A stretch of 64,000 nt of DNA from a virus (lineage: Duplodnaviria > Heunggongvirae > Uroviricota > Caudoviricetes), in IMG/VR virus record IMGVR_UViG_2563366911_000001. One strand, given 5' to 3'. The position numbers were made by a program, and so were the translations under genes. The notes below the pieces were generated by a model. That model searched no databases. It was not told where the DNA came from and was given only the letters and a program-made list of their open reading frames with translations. This document shows, piece after piece, positions 31,364 through 41,810 of this stretch. Position 1 is the first letter of the stretch, and every line of letters begins with the position of its first letter.

Positions 31364-31439
31364 AAACCGGCATTGGCGATGGTGGATGGATTTGAACCAT
31401 CGACCCGTTGATTAACAGTCAACCGCTCTAACCGCTGAG
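31364..31439 (-). tRNA. tRNA-Asn (GUU)
   Basis: 76 nt, anticodon loop CTGTTAA, GGTTCAAATCC T-arm, encoded CCA; 2-nt spacer to tRNA-Thr. Confidence 0.85.
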
Positions 31440-31915
31440 CTACACCATCACTTGCCGGGTACGTCTCCGGCGAGGGCTTCCACCTCCGTATGCTTTTCGG
31501 CGCACCGCGCCCTGGCTGCAATTCGGTAACAGGGGATGCACAACCCTGGCTTCCAGCGTGATTAGCGCCTTCAGCATGACGGGATATACCCGTAAATTCG
31601 TGGAACTGTACCCAAAGTGCTGTTAAGCACCGCTGTTACGCTGAAAAGAAAACGCAACAGGAAAGGACGCTGACCAACAGATGGCCCCTTCTCGTTCATC
31701 TGGTTAATCACACCAGCGCCCTTACCTGTTGTGCCTCCCCGTTCCCTAATACACAGACGGGGACACTCTGCGGTCGATTTTTTTGACGGGGGACGACTCA
31801 TACCCCGTGGCATCTGGTTTCTTAGGCCGCTACCATCATCAGATCATCGTTTGCATTTACTTTAATGGTCAGTTTCTAAACCGCCGCAAAGTCGCTAACC
31901 ATGACGAAAACCCTG

Positions 31916-31941
31916 AAAAAAACGCCCACCCGAAGATGGGC
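31916..31941 (-). terminator. Strong intrinsic terminator/attenuator in the leader between the C1-controlled promoter and the tRNA genes
   Basis: GCCCATC-TTCG-GGTGGGC hairpin followed by T7 on the minus strand. Confidence 0.6.
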
Positions 31942-32089
31942 AAACTGGAAGCTCGTAACGCACTTCGGAGTTGCCACTTAGGCGCATGGTCAACCTGGCA
32001 ACTCGGTGGTTTGTCTGGGAGGACTAGGCCCAGCCATGCTTACCGCCGCGCCTGTCGCGGCTAACAGCTAAATCGCGCTATAAATCACG

Positions 32090-32135
32090 ATTCATTGAGG
32101 CGATATTACACTAATAAATTTATTAGAGCAATATA
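32090..32135 (-). promoter_or_regulatory. Overlapping palindromic C1-type operators with promoter TTGCTC-17-TAATAT for the tRNA/SPFH/ban operon
   Basis: ATTACACTAATAAATTT (plus) and ATTGCTCTAATAAATT (minus) overlap at 32105-32132. Confidence 0.6.
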
Positions 32136-34387
32136 CCCAAAACGTCATGAGCTACACCTCGAGTGTCCCCCTTACAAGACACAGAACGTCTGGCAAAAAG
32201 AGGTTCCACTCTGAAGCCACTGTCATGATAAAGCTCTCTGATGTTTGGCGCGCCACTGTTAGTAATGAGAACCTTTGCACCTCGACGATGAGCATCCGTC
32301 AACAGAGACACCAGGCGTTTTTGCTCTTCAAACTTAAAGTCATGACCGGAATAGTTCGTGAATCCCTCTGTATTTGGAAGCGGTTCATACGGCGGATCGC
32401 AAAAGATGACATCTCCTTCTCCGGCAGCTTCAATCACCGCTGCAAAATCACCGCATACAAACTCAGACCGCCCTTCCGCACCGAGGAAGGTTTCCATCTC
32501 CTGTAATGGGAAATACGGAGTTTTATACTTCCCATAACCGACATTGAACTCACCGGCCTGGTTGTAACGCGTCAATCCGTTAAAACAATGTCGGTTCAGG
32601 AACAAAAACGCCGCTGCGCGATGTAAATCATCATAGACTTGTTTGTTAAACGCATTCCGTACTGCCAGGTATCCTTCCTGTGTGTTGTAGTCCTGGAAGA
32701 AACGATGTGCCAGAGTGATAAGTGAATGCGCCTCGCGTTGCAGAGTCTTGTAAAAGTTAATCAGGTCAGCATTCACATCATTTAGCAGATTTTCCTGGTA
32801 TCCGGCATTCATGAAGACAGCTCCGCCACCAACGAAAGGTTCAATCAGGCGCTTCCCTTCTGGCAAATAGCGAAAGATTTGTTCCAGAACACCAAATTTT
32901 CCACCAGCCCATTTGAATATGGACCGTTCGAATTCTGCCGCTGGTTTAACTTTTCGCTCTTTTGTTTCACTTCCTTCTTTCTGCCGACATACGGCCTTAG
33001 TAATCCGATCGCCAATCCAGCGCATTACTGGTATTGCCATACTATTGCCGATCGCTTTGTAACGCGGTCCGTCAGCTGCAAGCATCGCGGCCTCTTCTTC
33101 GCTTAAATCTGGATAGTGATTGCGAAGATATGCCAGTTCATCTGAATTAACTTTTTTACGCTTTTCCGTCGGGATCAACGTATGCCCATCAGGAAAACCT
33201 TGCAGCCTTTCACATTCGACAGGGGTAAGACGGCGGACAGCTACTTCTGCGTTTCTTACTTCATAGCAAACAGCTGTTGGATTTTTAGCCATTAGAGATG
33301 GTGAAGTATTCTTAGTTGCAGCATGTTGTGTACCGCTCATACGCTCAGGAAAAGCCAATGTAACAAGATGCTCATGGCTTTCTTGCTCACGTGCCCGCAA
33401 TGTACCATGCCCTTCTGACCAAAAACCTGCTCCTGTGCTGCTAAAAACGGCAAGGTCAGTGGCATCTTTAAAGTCTCTTGCCTTTACTGTCGATGCGGTT
33501 TCATCGTCAATATATTCCCCAAATGCCGCCATCCTGAAACCGTTTACGGCTTTCGTCGATTTCATACCGGGGGACATGCCAGCGTGTAGGCATGGATTTA
33601 GGCTTTCGCCACTGATTGCAGCGCCATTTGCAGTAATGGCGGAAGCGATTTCCTTCTTTTTTCGGCTCGGCGCAATATTCCGGCGCACGCCTTCGAACTC
33701 AAAAAGTACCGTTGCGGGATCGAGGTCTGTTCGAGCACTTGCGACAACAAACACGCGTCGGCGTCGTTGTGCCACTCCGAAGTATTGGGCATCAAGGATT
33801 CTCCAGGCCACCTTTCGCTGCGGTCCATAAATACAACCACACTGTGGCCACTTTGGAGCATGGCAACCGGTTTTGCCATCCCACCGCCAGAACGCGTTAC
33901 TTTTTCCTGATTCAGGTCGATCACCTGGTTCAAATGGCGCATCTTCTCCAGCCAATCCGGCAAGGAAACATCCGAAGGCGTTATCTGCCGATGACAAGAC
34001 TCCTGGGACATTTTCCCAGACGATAACGGCTGGTTTGAGAAATGACTCAGCCCGTTTGTCGTCAATTGCATTTGCAAGCTCCACATACTTTAAAGTTAGC
34101 GCGCCACGCTCATCATCAAGCCCACCACGTAATCCAGCGATACTGAATGCCTGACAAGGTGTTCCCCCGACGAGCACATCAGGGGATTCGATTTCCCCAG
34201 CCAGGACTTTTTTGGCAAGTTTTGTCATGTCGCCAAGGTTGGCGACATGGGGCCAGCGGTGCGCAAGAACGGCAGATGGAAAAGGCTCGATTTCAGCAAA
34301 CCACGCCGGACGCATACCCAACGGTTCCCAGGCAATACTCGCGGCTTCAATTCCACTGCAAACAGATCCATAGCACAGCTCTTTCAC
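32123..34387 (-). CDS. dmt: Bifunctional DNA methyltransferase: N-terminal C5-cytosine MTase fused to C-terminal Dam-like N6-adenine MTase, 754 aa
   Basis: C5 motifs [20 protein letters not shown]; C-terminal [17 protein letters not shown] and DPPY. Confidence 0.9.
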   Translation of the reverse strand: MKELCYGSVCSGIEAASIAWEPLGMRPAWFAEIEPFPSAVLAHRWPHVANLGDMTKLAKKVLAGEIESPDVLVGGTPCQAFSIAGLRGGLDDERGALTLKYVELANAIDDKRAESFLKPAVIVWENVPGVLSSADNAFGCFLAGLAGEDAPFEPGDRPESGKSNAFWRWDGKTGCHAPKWPQCGCIYGPQRKVAWRILDAQYFGVAQRRRRVFVVASARTDLDPATVLFEFEGVRRNIAPSRKKKEIASAITANGAAISGESLNPCLHAGMSPGMKSTKAVNGFRMAAFGEYIDDETASTVKARDFKDATDLAVFSSTGAGFWSEGHGTLRAREQESHEHLVTLAFPERMSGTQHAATKNTSPSLMAKNPTAVCYEVRNAEVAVRRLTPVECERLQGFPDGHTLIPTEKRKKVNSDELAYLRNHYPDLSEEEAAMLAADGPRYKAIGNSMAIPVMRWIGDRITKAVCRQKEGSETKERKVKPAAEFERSIFKWAGGKFGVLEQIFRYLPEGKRLIEPFVGGGAVFMNAGYQENLLNDVNADLINFYKTLQREAHSLITLAHRFFQDYNTQEGYLAVRNAFNKQVYDDLHRAAAFLFLNRHCFNGLTRYNQAGEFNVGYGKYKTPYFPLQEMETFLGAEGRSEFVCGDFAAVIEAAGEGDVIFCDPPYEPLPNTEGFTNYSGHDFKFEEQKRLVSLLTDAHRRGAKVLITNSGAPNIRELYHDSGFRVEPLFARRSVSCKGDTRGVAHDVLGILL

Positions 34388-35403
34388 TGCTTAGCCTCTC
34401 CACCAAGGGCATTTACCAGAGCATCAACCAGGCACGAAATTTCACTGGTCAACAGGAAGAAATCTGCGTCCAGTCGCTGCGCTACATCTTCACTATCAAT
34501 ATCAGAGTTCTGCTCAAGCAATTCATCCGCAAATTTGACGCTGGTAAGGCTGAAGTTATGGTCCAGTGTAAATTTAATGCGGTTCTGCCAGTCGAGTGCC
34601 AACTTAGTGACGAGCTTGCCAGCTTCCAGGTGTGTGGAAATTTCATCGCTTCCCAAATCCTGCTTTTTCACTCGGGCAATACCGCCATCCTCAAGCACTG
34701 CCTTAAGTTCTGCCGCATCCCCCATTTGAAATCCCTGTGGAGCACTACCATCACGTACCCAGTCGGTCAGCGTTAATTCAATGGGATTTTCAACACTCAG
34801 GGGAACAACAGGAAGAGAACCCAGAGACTTACGCATAAGCGCGAGCATATCCTCTGCCTGCCGCGCGCTGGCATTGATATAGATACGTTTAGTTGAACCG
34901 TCGTAGATCGCCTGGATAACAGAAAACTTTGAAAAAGCCCGTGGCAGAAGAGAATGCAGAACTTCGTCTTTCAGGGAGTCCTTCTCTGTTTTCTTCAGTT
35001 TACGCGCTTGTTCTTGCTCAAGTTTTTCAATTTTTTCTTGAATAGCTCGCTGGATAACCGGCGGGGGAAGAATTTTTGTTTCGCGCTTTGCTTCAACAAG
35101 GATAAAACCATTTCCATGCATAGCGATAACTTCGGAATTATCACCAAATGGAGATACAAAACCGAACTTGGCCATATCCTGACTACCGCATGGCGTGAAA
35201 AGGATCATTTTCTTTTTATCTTCTAAGTCGGTCAGATCCGCCTCACGAGAAAGTTTATAAATAGTAATGTTTTTCCAGTGCTTAAACATGTTGTAACCCT
35301 TGAATATCAACCACAGAAAGCTCGTCTTTGTAGAAAAAGGCCAGGTTGTGGCACCCCCTCGTTTGAGCGTATGAGCTGGGACCAATTTCGTTCTTCCAGA
35401 CAA
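34384..35403 (-). CDS. hrdC: RdgC-like recombination-associated protein (probable start at 35292, about 303 aa)
   Basis: [12 protein letters not shown]...[13 protein letters not shown]...[22 protein letters not shown] matches E. coli RdgC along its length. Confidence 0.9.
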   Translation of the reverse strand: MSGRTKLVPAHTLKRGGATTWPFSTKTSFLWLIFKGYNMFKHWKNITIYKLSREADLTDLEDKKKMILFTPCGSQDMAKFGFVSPFGDNSEVIAMHGNGFILVEAKRETKILPPPVIQRAIQEKIEKLEQEQARKLKKTEKDSLKDEVLHSLLPRAFSKFSVIQAIYDGSTKRIYINASARQAEDMLALMRKSLGSLPVVPLSVENPIELTLTDWVRDGSAPQGFQMGDAAELKAVLEDGGIARVKKQDLGSDEISTHLEAGKLVTKLALDWQNRIKFTLDHNFSLTSVKFADELLEQNSDIDSEDVAQRLDADFFLLTSEISCLVDALVNALGGEAKQ

Positions 35404-35638
35404 ATGGCTTCAAATCCGTACGGCGAAGCATAAAAACGCGATTTGTTCCGCTCTGATTCCCAATGAGGCAAAAGCCTTCTTTCACCTTGATAGCCTGCAA
35501 GTTGTCGAGTTCACCGCTGGTTACACGGCTATCGAACTCTTTGCGGCTTATTAGCTCCATCTGCATCTGACGACTCCAAACAAATGCCCATTGAAGGGCG
35601 ATGGCTGAATGGTACCGAAAATACGACATAAAAAACAA
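35282..35638 (-). CDS. Small protein upstream of the RdgC-like gene (probable start near 35566, about 95 aa)
   Basis: Listed start lies inside the operator; internal ATG has a GGAG Shine-Dalgarno. Confidence 0.45.
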   Translation of the reverse strand: MFFMSYFRYHSAIALQWAFVWSRQMQMELISRKEFDSRVTSGELDNLQAIKVKEGFCLIGNQSGTNRVFMLRRTDLKPFVWKNEIGPSSYAQTRGCHNLAFFYKDELSVVDIQGLQHV

Positions 35639-35653
35639 TATTTATTAGAGCAA
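35637..35653 (-). promoter_or_regulatory. C1-type operator ATTGCTCTAATAAATAT with promoter TTGCTC-17-TATGTC
   Basis: 16 of 17 match to operator consensus. Confidence 0.6.
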
Positions 35654-35735
35654 TTTTGCAATAGTTGAACTCCGTGTAGACCACAAACAACCTGAGTTAA
35701 AATAACGAAAATCAGAGCAAATAATTGGTGATGAC

Positions 35736-36020
35736 GTGGCAAGTATTGCAACAAAAGACAGCATTTGTTCGGGGCACGGAGGATTCCCATCCAGGCCTCC
35801 TGTAGAGAGTGAACCACTACTTAAAGTCAACGGAGTCGAAGTGTTAGTTGATGGTAAGCAATATGCACAGCATACCGATGGAAACAGTACGCACGGTGGG
35901 CAAGCTATATCAACCAGGGCATGGTTTACCGTCAATGGTAAAGGGATCGTATGCGTTGGTGACCCTGTTTCATGCGGATCTACCGTAGCGTCCGGAGACG
36001 GCCTGGTTCAGGTAAGTTAG
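35736..36020 (+). CDS. PAAR-like spike-tip protein, 94 aa
   Basis: ICSGHGG...VCVGDPVSCGS pattern typical of PAAR-repeat proteins; GTG start. Confidence 0.55.
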   Translation: MASIATKDSICSGHGGFPSRPPVESEPLLKVNGVEVLVDGKQYAQHTDGNSTHGGQAISTRAWFTVNGKGIVCVGDPVSCGSTVASGDGLVQVS

Positions 36021-36817
36021 GAGATATCATGCTGGAAAAAGACTACCAGTTATCCGCATATAAAAAATTGGCCGCCGCCGGTGGGATGAAAACACCTGGT
36101 GCCATAACATCGGCACGAAACAGTGCTAACACGGCAAAACAGCTTGCAGAAGAATTGATCGGATTAATTTTGGATACAATTGTCTATCCCGACACTATTA
36201 CCAGCTATGTTTCAACGATCAGAACAACCACAACCGGCTTAACGAACATTGGAGAACTGGCAACTAAGCACGCGGACCTGTTGGCTGGTTATGCAGATCT
36301 GTCAATGCTGCTTCAACTCGATATTGGTTGGGATGTTTACTGCCGTGCTAATGAGCGAGAAGTATCAGAACTGCCGATCTCTATTGCCATTGGTGATGTG
36401 ACTATTACTAAATCGCTTGAGGACGCTGTAAACGCGCTTAATACATCAAGTTTAGTCGCTGCTATGGGGGAGATTAACCAGACCCTTAACACTGGCTCAG
36501 GAAGCTCGTCAGGCTCTGGTTCAGGCGGCGGCACTGCCACTCCCCCACCAGCACTAACAGAAGAGCAAATTGAATCTCTGAAAGTAGCAACTGAACAGTT
36601 TGAAGTTGTTTTCAACCAGACAACAGCGCCCACAACTGCGTTACAACAGCAGTATGAACGAGCGAATGAAAGCGCCAACGTAGCCATAACTGCTTATAAC
36701 CATGCTATCGGTACCGCGCTTGCGGAAGCATCAGCAAATAAGGCCAGCACAGCCAGCGCAGTTGCCGCTTTGGTTCCTGATTCTGTTCTTGATGAATTAA
36801 ACAAAGCGGCACAGTAA
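35972..36817 (+). CDS. Hypothetical protein with Gly/Ser-rich linker (probable start at 36029, about 262 aa)
   Basis: ORF; GSGSSSGSGSGGG low-complexity linker. Confidence 0.6.
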   Translation: MRIYRSVRRRPGSGKLGDIMLEKDYQLSAYKKLAAAGGMKTPGAITSARNSANTAKQLAEELIGLILDTIVYPDTITSYVSTIRTTTTGLTNIGELATKHADLLAGYADLSMLLQLDIGWDVYCRANEREVSELPISIAIGDVTITKSLEDAVNALNTSSLVAAMGEINQTLNTGSGSSSGSGSGGGTATPPPALTEEQIESLKVATEQFEVVFNQTTAPTTALQQQYERANESANVAITAYNHAIGTALAEASANKASTASAVAALVPDSVLDELNKAAQ

Positions 36818-36829
36818 CAAAGGACTTCA

Positions 36830-37285
36830 TTGATAATTTTTCTTCAGGAGGAAGACATGTCATTCTTTTCTACGTTAAAAACAGCTTTGTCTTTGAAGGA
36901 GAAACTTGCTGCTACTGGTGTTCTTGTTCTGATTTGCGCACTTGTTGGTGCTGGGTTTGCATGGGAACGTCATCAGCTAAAGCAAGCCATGGAGAAAATT
37001 GGCAGTCTTGATCAGGCTGTTAAGGAACGTGATAAGTCAATAATGGATCTTAACCAGGCCATTGAGACGATGAACAAAGCAGAGCAACATTTTCACAGCC
37101 AGGAAGTGAAAAATGAATCAGAACAAGCCAAGTATGCTGACAGGCAAATGGAACGAAAAGCTGAAGTTCAGAAACAACTGGTTGCGGCGGGTAATGTTCG
37201 CCAGCGTATTCCTGCTGACACTCAGCGGTTGCTCCGGGAGTCGATCAGCGAATTTAACGCCGACGCCGACGCCGACAAAGGTTAA
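36830..37285 (+). CDS. Rz-like inner-membrane spanin candidate (probable start 36857)
   Basis: N-terminal TM helix GVLVLICALVGAGFAW then periplasmic coiled coil. Confidence 0.55.
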   Translation: MIIFLQEEDMSFFSTLKTALSLKEKLAATGVLVLICALVGAGFAWERHQLKQAMEKIGSLDQAVKERDKSIMDLNQAIETMNKAEQHFHSQEVKNESEQAKYADRQMERKAEVQKQLVAAGNVRQRIPADTQRLLRESISEFNADADADKG

Positions 37286-37451
37286 CCACCCTGCCCCCAA
37301 AAGTGCATTTATGTGCAGGATGCCAGAATTTAGCAGTGAATATTTTGATGATCTGCCAGCCTATATCCTTGATACAGAAACGATGCTGAAGGGGATTAAC
37401 AGGAAGAATCGCAACGTTAATGATTACAACCGCGCTATCAGCGGTAACTAA
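37113..37451 (+). CDS. Rz1-like outer-membrane lipoprotein spanin candidate (probable start near 37194), overlapping the Rz-like gene out of frame
   Basis: Lipobox LTLSGC and Pro-rich TPTPTPTKVNHPAP. Confidence 0.5.
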   Translation: MNQNKPSMLTGKWNEKLKFRNNWLRRVMFASVFLLTLSGCSGSRSANLTPTPTPTKVNHPAPKSAFMCRMPEFSSEYFDDLPAYILDTETMLKGINRKNRNVNDYNRAISGN

Positions 37452-37462
37452 AAGGGATTTTT

Positions 37463-37855
37463 ATGTCTGATAAAGTAACAGTAAAGCAAACTATCAACAA
37501 AGCGACTTCAATCTACAAAATTGAGCACATCACTGTTGGCAAGCCAGGATCTGAACAATACCGTCATGCTTTCGAGCTTGCCGATCAGCTTGGTTTAAAA
37601 CACCCGGATTGCATCGAGCATGTATTTCCGACCTATGCTGATGAGCAATGTACTCATGTTCTTACCGAAGAGGATTTTTTCAGCACTGAAGAACGAGAAG
37701 GCGTTGATCGCTGCATTGGTGTGATTTGTTCTTCGGTAAGTGATGAGTTATTCCCTAATGTGCCTGAATATGGTGGTATTGGATACCAATTCCTGTACGA
37801 GGGCGATGAGCTTAAATGCTATGAACATGGTCTTCTCATCGAAAGCGTAGAATAA
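37463..37855 (+). CDS. Hypothetical protein, 130 aa
   Basis: ORF, last gene before oriR. Confidence 0.6.
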   Translation: MSDKVTVKQTINKATSIYKIEHITVGKPGSEQYRHAFELADQLGLKHPDCIEHVFPTYADEQCTHVLTEEDFFSTEEREGVDRCIGVICSSVSDELFPNVPEYGGIGYQFLYEGDELKCYEHGLLIESVE

Positions 37856-37869
37856 TACGACTGCCTTCC

Positions 37870-37894
37870 AACCGGCTACGTTGGCCGGTTTTTC
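37870..37894 (+). terminator. Candidate intrinsic terminator after the 37463-37855 gene
   Basis: AACCGGC-tacgtt-GCCGGTT hairpin followed by TTTT. Confidence 0.45.
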
Positions 37895-37896
37895 AC

Positions 37897-38160
37897 TTAT
37901 CCACATTATCCACTGGATAGATCCAATAATCAGGTCCATACAGATCCCAATTAGATCCATATAGATCCCTGATCGTTGCAGGCCGCGCCACGTCTGGCTT
38001 AGAAGTGTATCGCGATGTGTGCTGGAGGGAAAACGATGTGTGTTGGAGGGATAAAAATGTGTGCTGACGGGTTGCTAATGTGTGCTGGCGGGATATAGGA
38101 TGTGTGCTGACGGGAAAGCCTGGGTAGTTATCACCACTTATAAAAACTATCCACACAATT
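37897..38160. other. Plasmid replication origin (oriR-like): tandem DnaA boxes, five GATC heptamers, five 19-bp iterons (incC), downstream DnaA box
   Basis: TTATCCACA/TTATCCACT at 37897-37914; five GATC at 37920-37974; iterons GATGTGTGCTGGAGGGAAA-like at 38014, 38035, 38056, 38078, 38099; CTATCCACA at 38148. Confidence 0.85.
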
Positions 38161-38173
38161 CGGAAAAAGTAAT

Positions 38174-39034
38174 ATGAATCAATCATTTATCTCCGATATT
38201 CTTTACGCAGACATTGAAAGTAAGGCAAAAGAACTAACAGTTAATTCAAACAACACTGTCCAGCCTGTAGCGTTGATGCGCTTGGGGGTATTCGTTCCGA
38301 AGCCATCAAAGAGCAAAGGAGAAAGTAAAGAGATTGATGCCACCAAAGCGTTTTCCCAGCTGGAGATAGCTAAAGCCGAGGGTTACGATGATATTAAAAT
38401 CACCGGTCCTCGACTCGATATGGATACTGATTTCAAAACGTGGATCGGTGTCATCTACGCGTTCAGCAAATACGGCTTGTCCTCAAACACCATCCAGTTA
38501 TCGTTTCAGGAATTCGCTAAAGCCTGTGGTTTCCCCTCAAAACGTCTGGATGCGAAACTGCGTTTAACCATTCATGAATCACTTGGACGCTTACGTAACA
38601 AGGGTATCGCTTTTAAGCGCGGAAAAGATGCTAAAGGCGGCTATCAGACTGGTCTGCTAAAGGTCGGTCGTTTTGATGCTGACCTTGATCTGATAGAGCT
38701 GGAGGCTGATTCGAAGTTGTGGGAGCTGTTCCAGCTTGATTATCGCGTTCTGTTGCAACACCACGCCTTGCGTGCCCTTCCGAAGAAAGAAGCTGCACAA
38801 GCCATTTACACTTTCATCGAAAGCCTTCCGCAGAACCCGTTGCCGCTATCGTTCGCGCGAATCCGTGAGCGCCTGGCTTTGCAGTCAGCTGTTGGCGAGC
38901 AAAACCGTATCATTAAGAAAGCGATAGAACAGCTTAAAACAATCGGCTATCTCGACTGTTCTATTGAGAAGAAAGGCCGGGAAAGTTTTGTAATCGTCCA
39001 TTCTCGCAATCCAAAGCTGAAACTCCCCGAATAA
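38174..39034 (+). CDS. repA: Plasmid replication initiator RepA, 286 aa
   Basis: Flanked by incC-like and incA-like iteron arrays. Confidence 0.9.
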   Translation: MNQSFISDILYADIESKAKELTVNSNNTVQPVALMRLGVFVPKPSKSKGESKEIDATKAFSQLEIAKAEGYDDIKITGPRLDMDTDFKTWIGVIYAFSKYGLSSNTIQLSFQEFAKACGFPSKRLDAKLRLTIHESLGRLRNKGIAFKRGKDAKGGYQTGLLKVGRFDADLDLIELEADSKLWELFQLDYRVLLQHHALRALPKKEAAQAIYTFIESLPQNPLPLSFARIRERLALQSAVGEQNRIIKKAIEQLKTIGYLDCSIEKKGRESFVIVHSRNPKLKLPE

Positions 39035-39317
39035 GTGTGTGCTGGAGGGAAACCGCATTAAAAAGATGTGTGCTGCCGGGAAGGCTTGTCCAATTTCCTG
39101 TTTTTGATGTGCGCTGGAGGGGAACGCCCCTCAGTTTGCCCAGACTTTCCCTCCAGCACACATCTGTCCATCCGCTTTTCCCTCCAGTGCACATGTAATT
39201 CTCTGCCTTTCCCTCCAGCACACATATTTGATACCAGCGATCCCTCCACAGCACATAATTCAATGCGACTTCCCTCTATCGCACATCTTAGACTTTTATT
39301 CTCCCTCCAGCACACAT
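39035..39317. repeat. incA-like copy-control locus: nine 19-bp iterons in two oppositely oriented groups (3 + 6)
   Basis: GTGTGCTGGAGGGAAA-type repeats forward at 39035, 39065, 39105; reverse at 39145, 39176, 39207, 39238, 39268, 39298. Confidence 0.85.
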
Positions 39318-39591
39318 CGAAGCTGCCGGGCAAGCCGTTCTCACCAGTTGATAGAGAGTGAAGCTTGGCTGCCCATTGAAGCAGGAAATCACCAAAATGA
39401 TTCAGGCTACAACCTGAACGTAGAAGAAATCCGCGTCCTTTATGCGTGGAGGATGCCAAAGCATGTTGTGACACACTTGGCAAAGGAGTAAGCATGCAGA
39501 GAATGCTATGTACAAGCATCTACGCATACATTATTATTTTATGCAGCATTTTTAATTAAATTCAAAAATACAGCATAAAGGATGACTTTCG

Positions 39592-40788
39592 ATGAGTGAT
39601 TCCAGCCAGCTTCACAAGGTTGCTCAAAGAGCAAACAGAATGCTCAATGTTCTGACTGAACAAGTACAGTTGCAAAAGGATGAGCTACACGCGAACGAGT
39701 TTTACCAGGTCTATGCGAAAGCGGCACTGGCAAAATTGCCTCTACTGACTCGAGCGAACGTTGACTATGCCGTAAGTGAAATGGAAGAAAAGGGTTATGT
39801 TTTCGATAAACGCCCTGCTGGCTCTTCAATGAAATATGCGATGTCAATTCAGAACATCATTGACATATATGAACATCGCGGAGTGCCAAAATACCGGGAT
39901 CGCTACAGCGAAGCGTATGTGATTTTCATCTCCAATCTTAAAGGCGGTGTGTCAAAAACTGTATCGACGGTTTCTCTGGCGCATGCAATGCGTGCTCACC
40001 CTCATCTTCTTATGGAGGATTTAAGGATTCTGGTTATTGACCTTGATCCGCAATCTTCAGCAACGATGTTTTTAAGCCATAAACACTCTATTGGTATCGT
40101 AAACGCAACATCTGCACAGGCTATGTTGCAGAATGTAAGCCGTGAAGAGCTGTTAGAGGAGTTTATTGTTCCTTCTGTTGTACCTGGGGTTGACGTTATG
40201 CCTGCGTCGATTGACGATGCCTTTATTGCATCCGATTGGAGAGAGCTGTGCAATGAGCATCTACCGGGTCAGAACATCCATGCTGTCCTGAAAGAAAATG
40301 TGATTGATAAGCTGAAGAGCGATTATGACTTTATCCTCGTTGATAGTGGTCCTCACCTTGACGCCTTCCTGAAAAATGCTTTGGCCTCGGCCAATATACT
40401 GTTTACACCTCTGCCGCCAGCAACTGTCGATTTCCACTCATCGCTTAAATACGTTGCCCGCCTTCCTGAGTTGGTAAAACTCATTTCGGATGAAGGCTGC
40501 GAGTGCCAGCTTGCGACTAACATTGGTTTTATGTCCAAGTTGAGTAACAAGGCAGATCATAAGTATTGCCATAGCCTGGCTAAAGAAGTGTTCGGTGGGG
40601 ATATGCTCGATGTCGTCCTCCCTCGCCTTGACGGTTTTGAACGTTGCGGCGAGTCTTTTGACACTGTTATTTCAGCTAACCCGGCAACGTATGTTGGTAG
40701 TGCTGATGCATTGAAGAACGCGCGAATTGCCGCGGAAGATTTTGCTAAAGCAGTTTTTGACCGTATTGAATTTATCAGATCTAACTGA
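39592..40788 (+). CDS. parA: Partition ATPase ParA, 398 aa
   Basis: Deviant Walker A KGGVSKT, N-terminal DNA-binding extension. Confidence 0.9.
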   Translation: MSDSSQLHKVAQRANRMLNVLTEQVQLQKDELHANEFYQVYAKAALAKLPLLTRANVDYAVSEMEEKGYVFDKRPAGSSMKYAMSIQNIIDIYEHRGVPKYRDRYSEAYVIFISNLKGGVSKTVSTVSLAHAMRAHPHLLMEDLRILVIDLDPQSSATMFLSHKHSIGIVNATSAQAMLQNVSREELLEEFIVPSVVPGVDVMPASIDDAFIASDWRELCNEHLPGQNIHAVLKENVIDKLKSDYDFILVDSGPHLDAFLKNALASANILFTPLPPATVDFHSSLKYVARLPELVKLISDEGCECQLATNIGFMSKLSNKADHKYCHSLAKEVFGGDMLDVVLPRLDGFERCGESFDTVISANPATYVGSADALKNARIAAEDFAKAVFDRIEFIRSN

Positions 40789-40804
40789 GGAGTAAGAACC
40801 CCCC

Positions 40805-41806
40805 ATGTCAAAGAAAAACAGACCAACAATTGGGCGAACCCTTAATCCTTCAATATTAAGCGGATTTGATAGTTCTTCAGCCTCTGGCGATCGAGTCGAG
40901 CAGGTATTCAAGTTATCAACTGGTCGCCAGGCCACATTTATTGAAGAGGTAATACCTCCGAACCAGGTAGAAAGCGATACCTTTGTTGATCAGCATAACA
41001 ACGGGCGTGACCAGGCATCTCTTACGCCAAAATCATTAAAAAGTATCCGAAGCACTATTAAGCATCAGCAATTTTACCCTGCAATAGGTGTTAGACGGGC
41101 TACAGGGAAAATTGAAATTTTGGATGGTTCCCGGCGTCGAGCTTCTGCCATCTTAGAGAACGTAGGGTTGCGGGTTTTAGTCACGGACCAGGAGATCAGC
41201 GTTCAGGAAGCGCAAAATTTAGCGAAAGACGTTCAGACAGCATTGCAGCACAGCATTCGAGAAATAGGTCTGCGTTTGATGCGAATGAAAAATGATGGGA
41301 TGAGTCAGAAGGATATTGCAGCCAAAGAAGGGCTGTCTCAGGCGAAGGTCACGCGTGCTCTCCAGGCAGCGAGTGCTCCGGAAGAATTAGTCGCCCTTTT
41401 CCCTGTGCAGTCGGAATTAACCTTTTCGGACTACAAAACGCTTTGTGCTGTTGGCGACGAAATGGGGAACAAGAATTTAGAGTTTGATCAGCTTATTCAA
41501 AACATATCCCCGGAAATAAACGACATCTTATCCATTGAAGAAATGGCCGAAGATGAAGTTAAAAATAAAATCCTGCGCTTGATAACAAAGGAAGCCTCAC
41601 TACTCACGGATAAAGGTTCTAAAGATAAGTCCGTAGTTACTGAATTATGGAAATTTGAGGACAAGGATCGCTTTGCAAGGAAGCGCGTGAAAGGCCGTGC
41701 ATTTTCTTATGAGTTTAATCGACTTTCAAAAGAGCTACAGGAAGAACTCGACAGGATGATTGGGCATATCCTTAGAAAGAGCCTCGATAAAAAGCCGAAG
41801 CCTTAA
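40805..41806 (+). CDS. parB: Partition protein ParB, 333 aa
   Basis: ParB-type HTH region; followed by parS. Confidence 0.9.
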   Translation: MSKKNRPTIGRTLNPSILSGFDSSSASGDRVEQVFKLSTGRQATFIEEVIPPNQVESDTFVDQHNNGRDQASLTPKSLKSIRSTIKHQQFYPAIGVRRATGKIEILDGSRRRASAILENVGLRVLVTDQEISVQEAQNLAKDVQTALQHSIREIGLRLMRMKNDGMSQKDIAAKEGLSQAKVTRALQAASAPEELVALFPVQSELTFSDYKTLCAVGDEMGNKNLEFDQLIQNISPEINDILSIEEMAEDEVKNKILRLITKEASLLTDKGSKDKSVVTELWKFEDKDRFARKRVKGRAFSYEFNRLSKELQEELDRMIGHILRKSLDKKPKP

Positions 41807-41810
41807 ACTT

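Noticed and set aside
30752-31521. ORFs 30752-31171 (+), 31140-31325 (+) and 31207-31521 (-) in the tRNA/repeat region
   Set aside because: They overlap the tRNA genes and the structured repeat units; the region is better explained as non-coding RNA.
38014-39317. Arrays of short direct repeats that could be mistaken for a CRISPR array
   Set aside because: Repeats are 19-bp iterons with irregular short spacing, occur in both orientations and flank repA; no cas genes. They are replication-control iterons.
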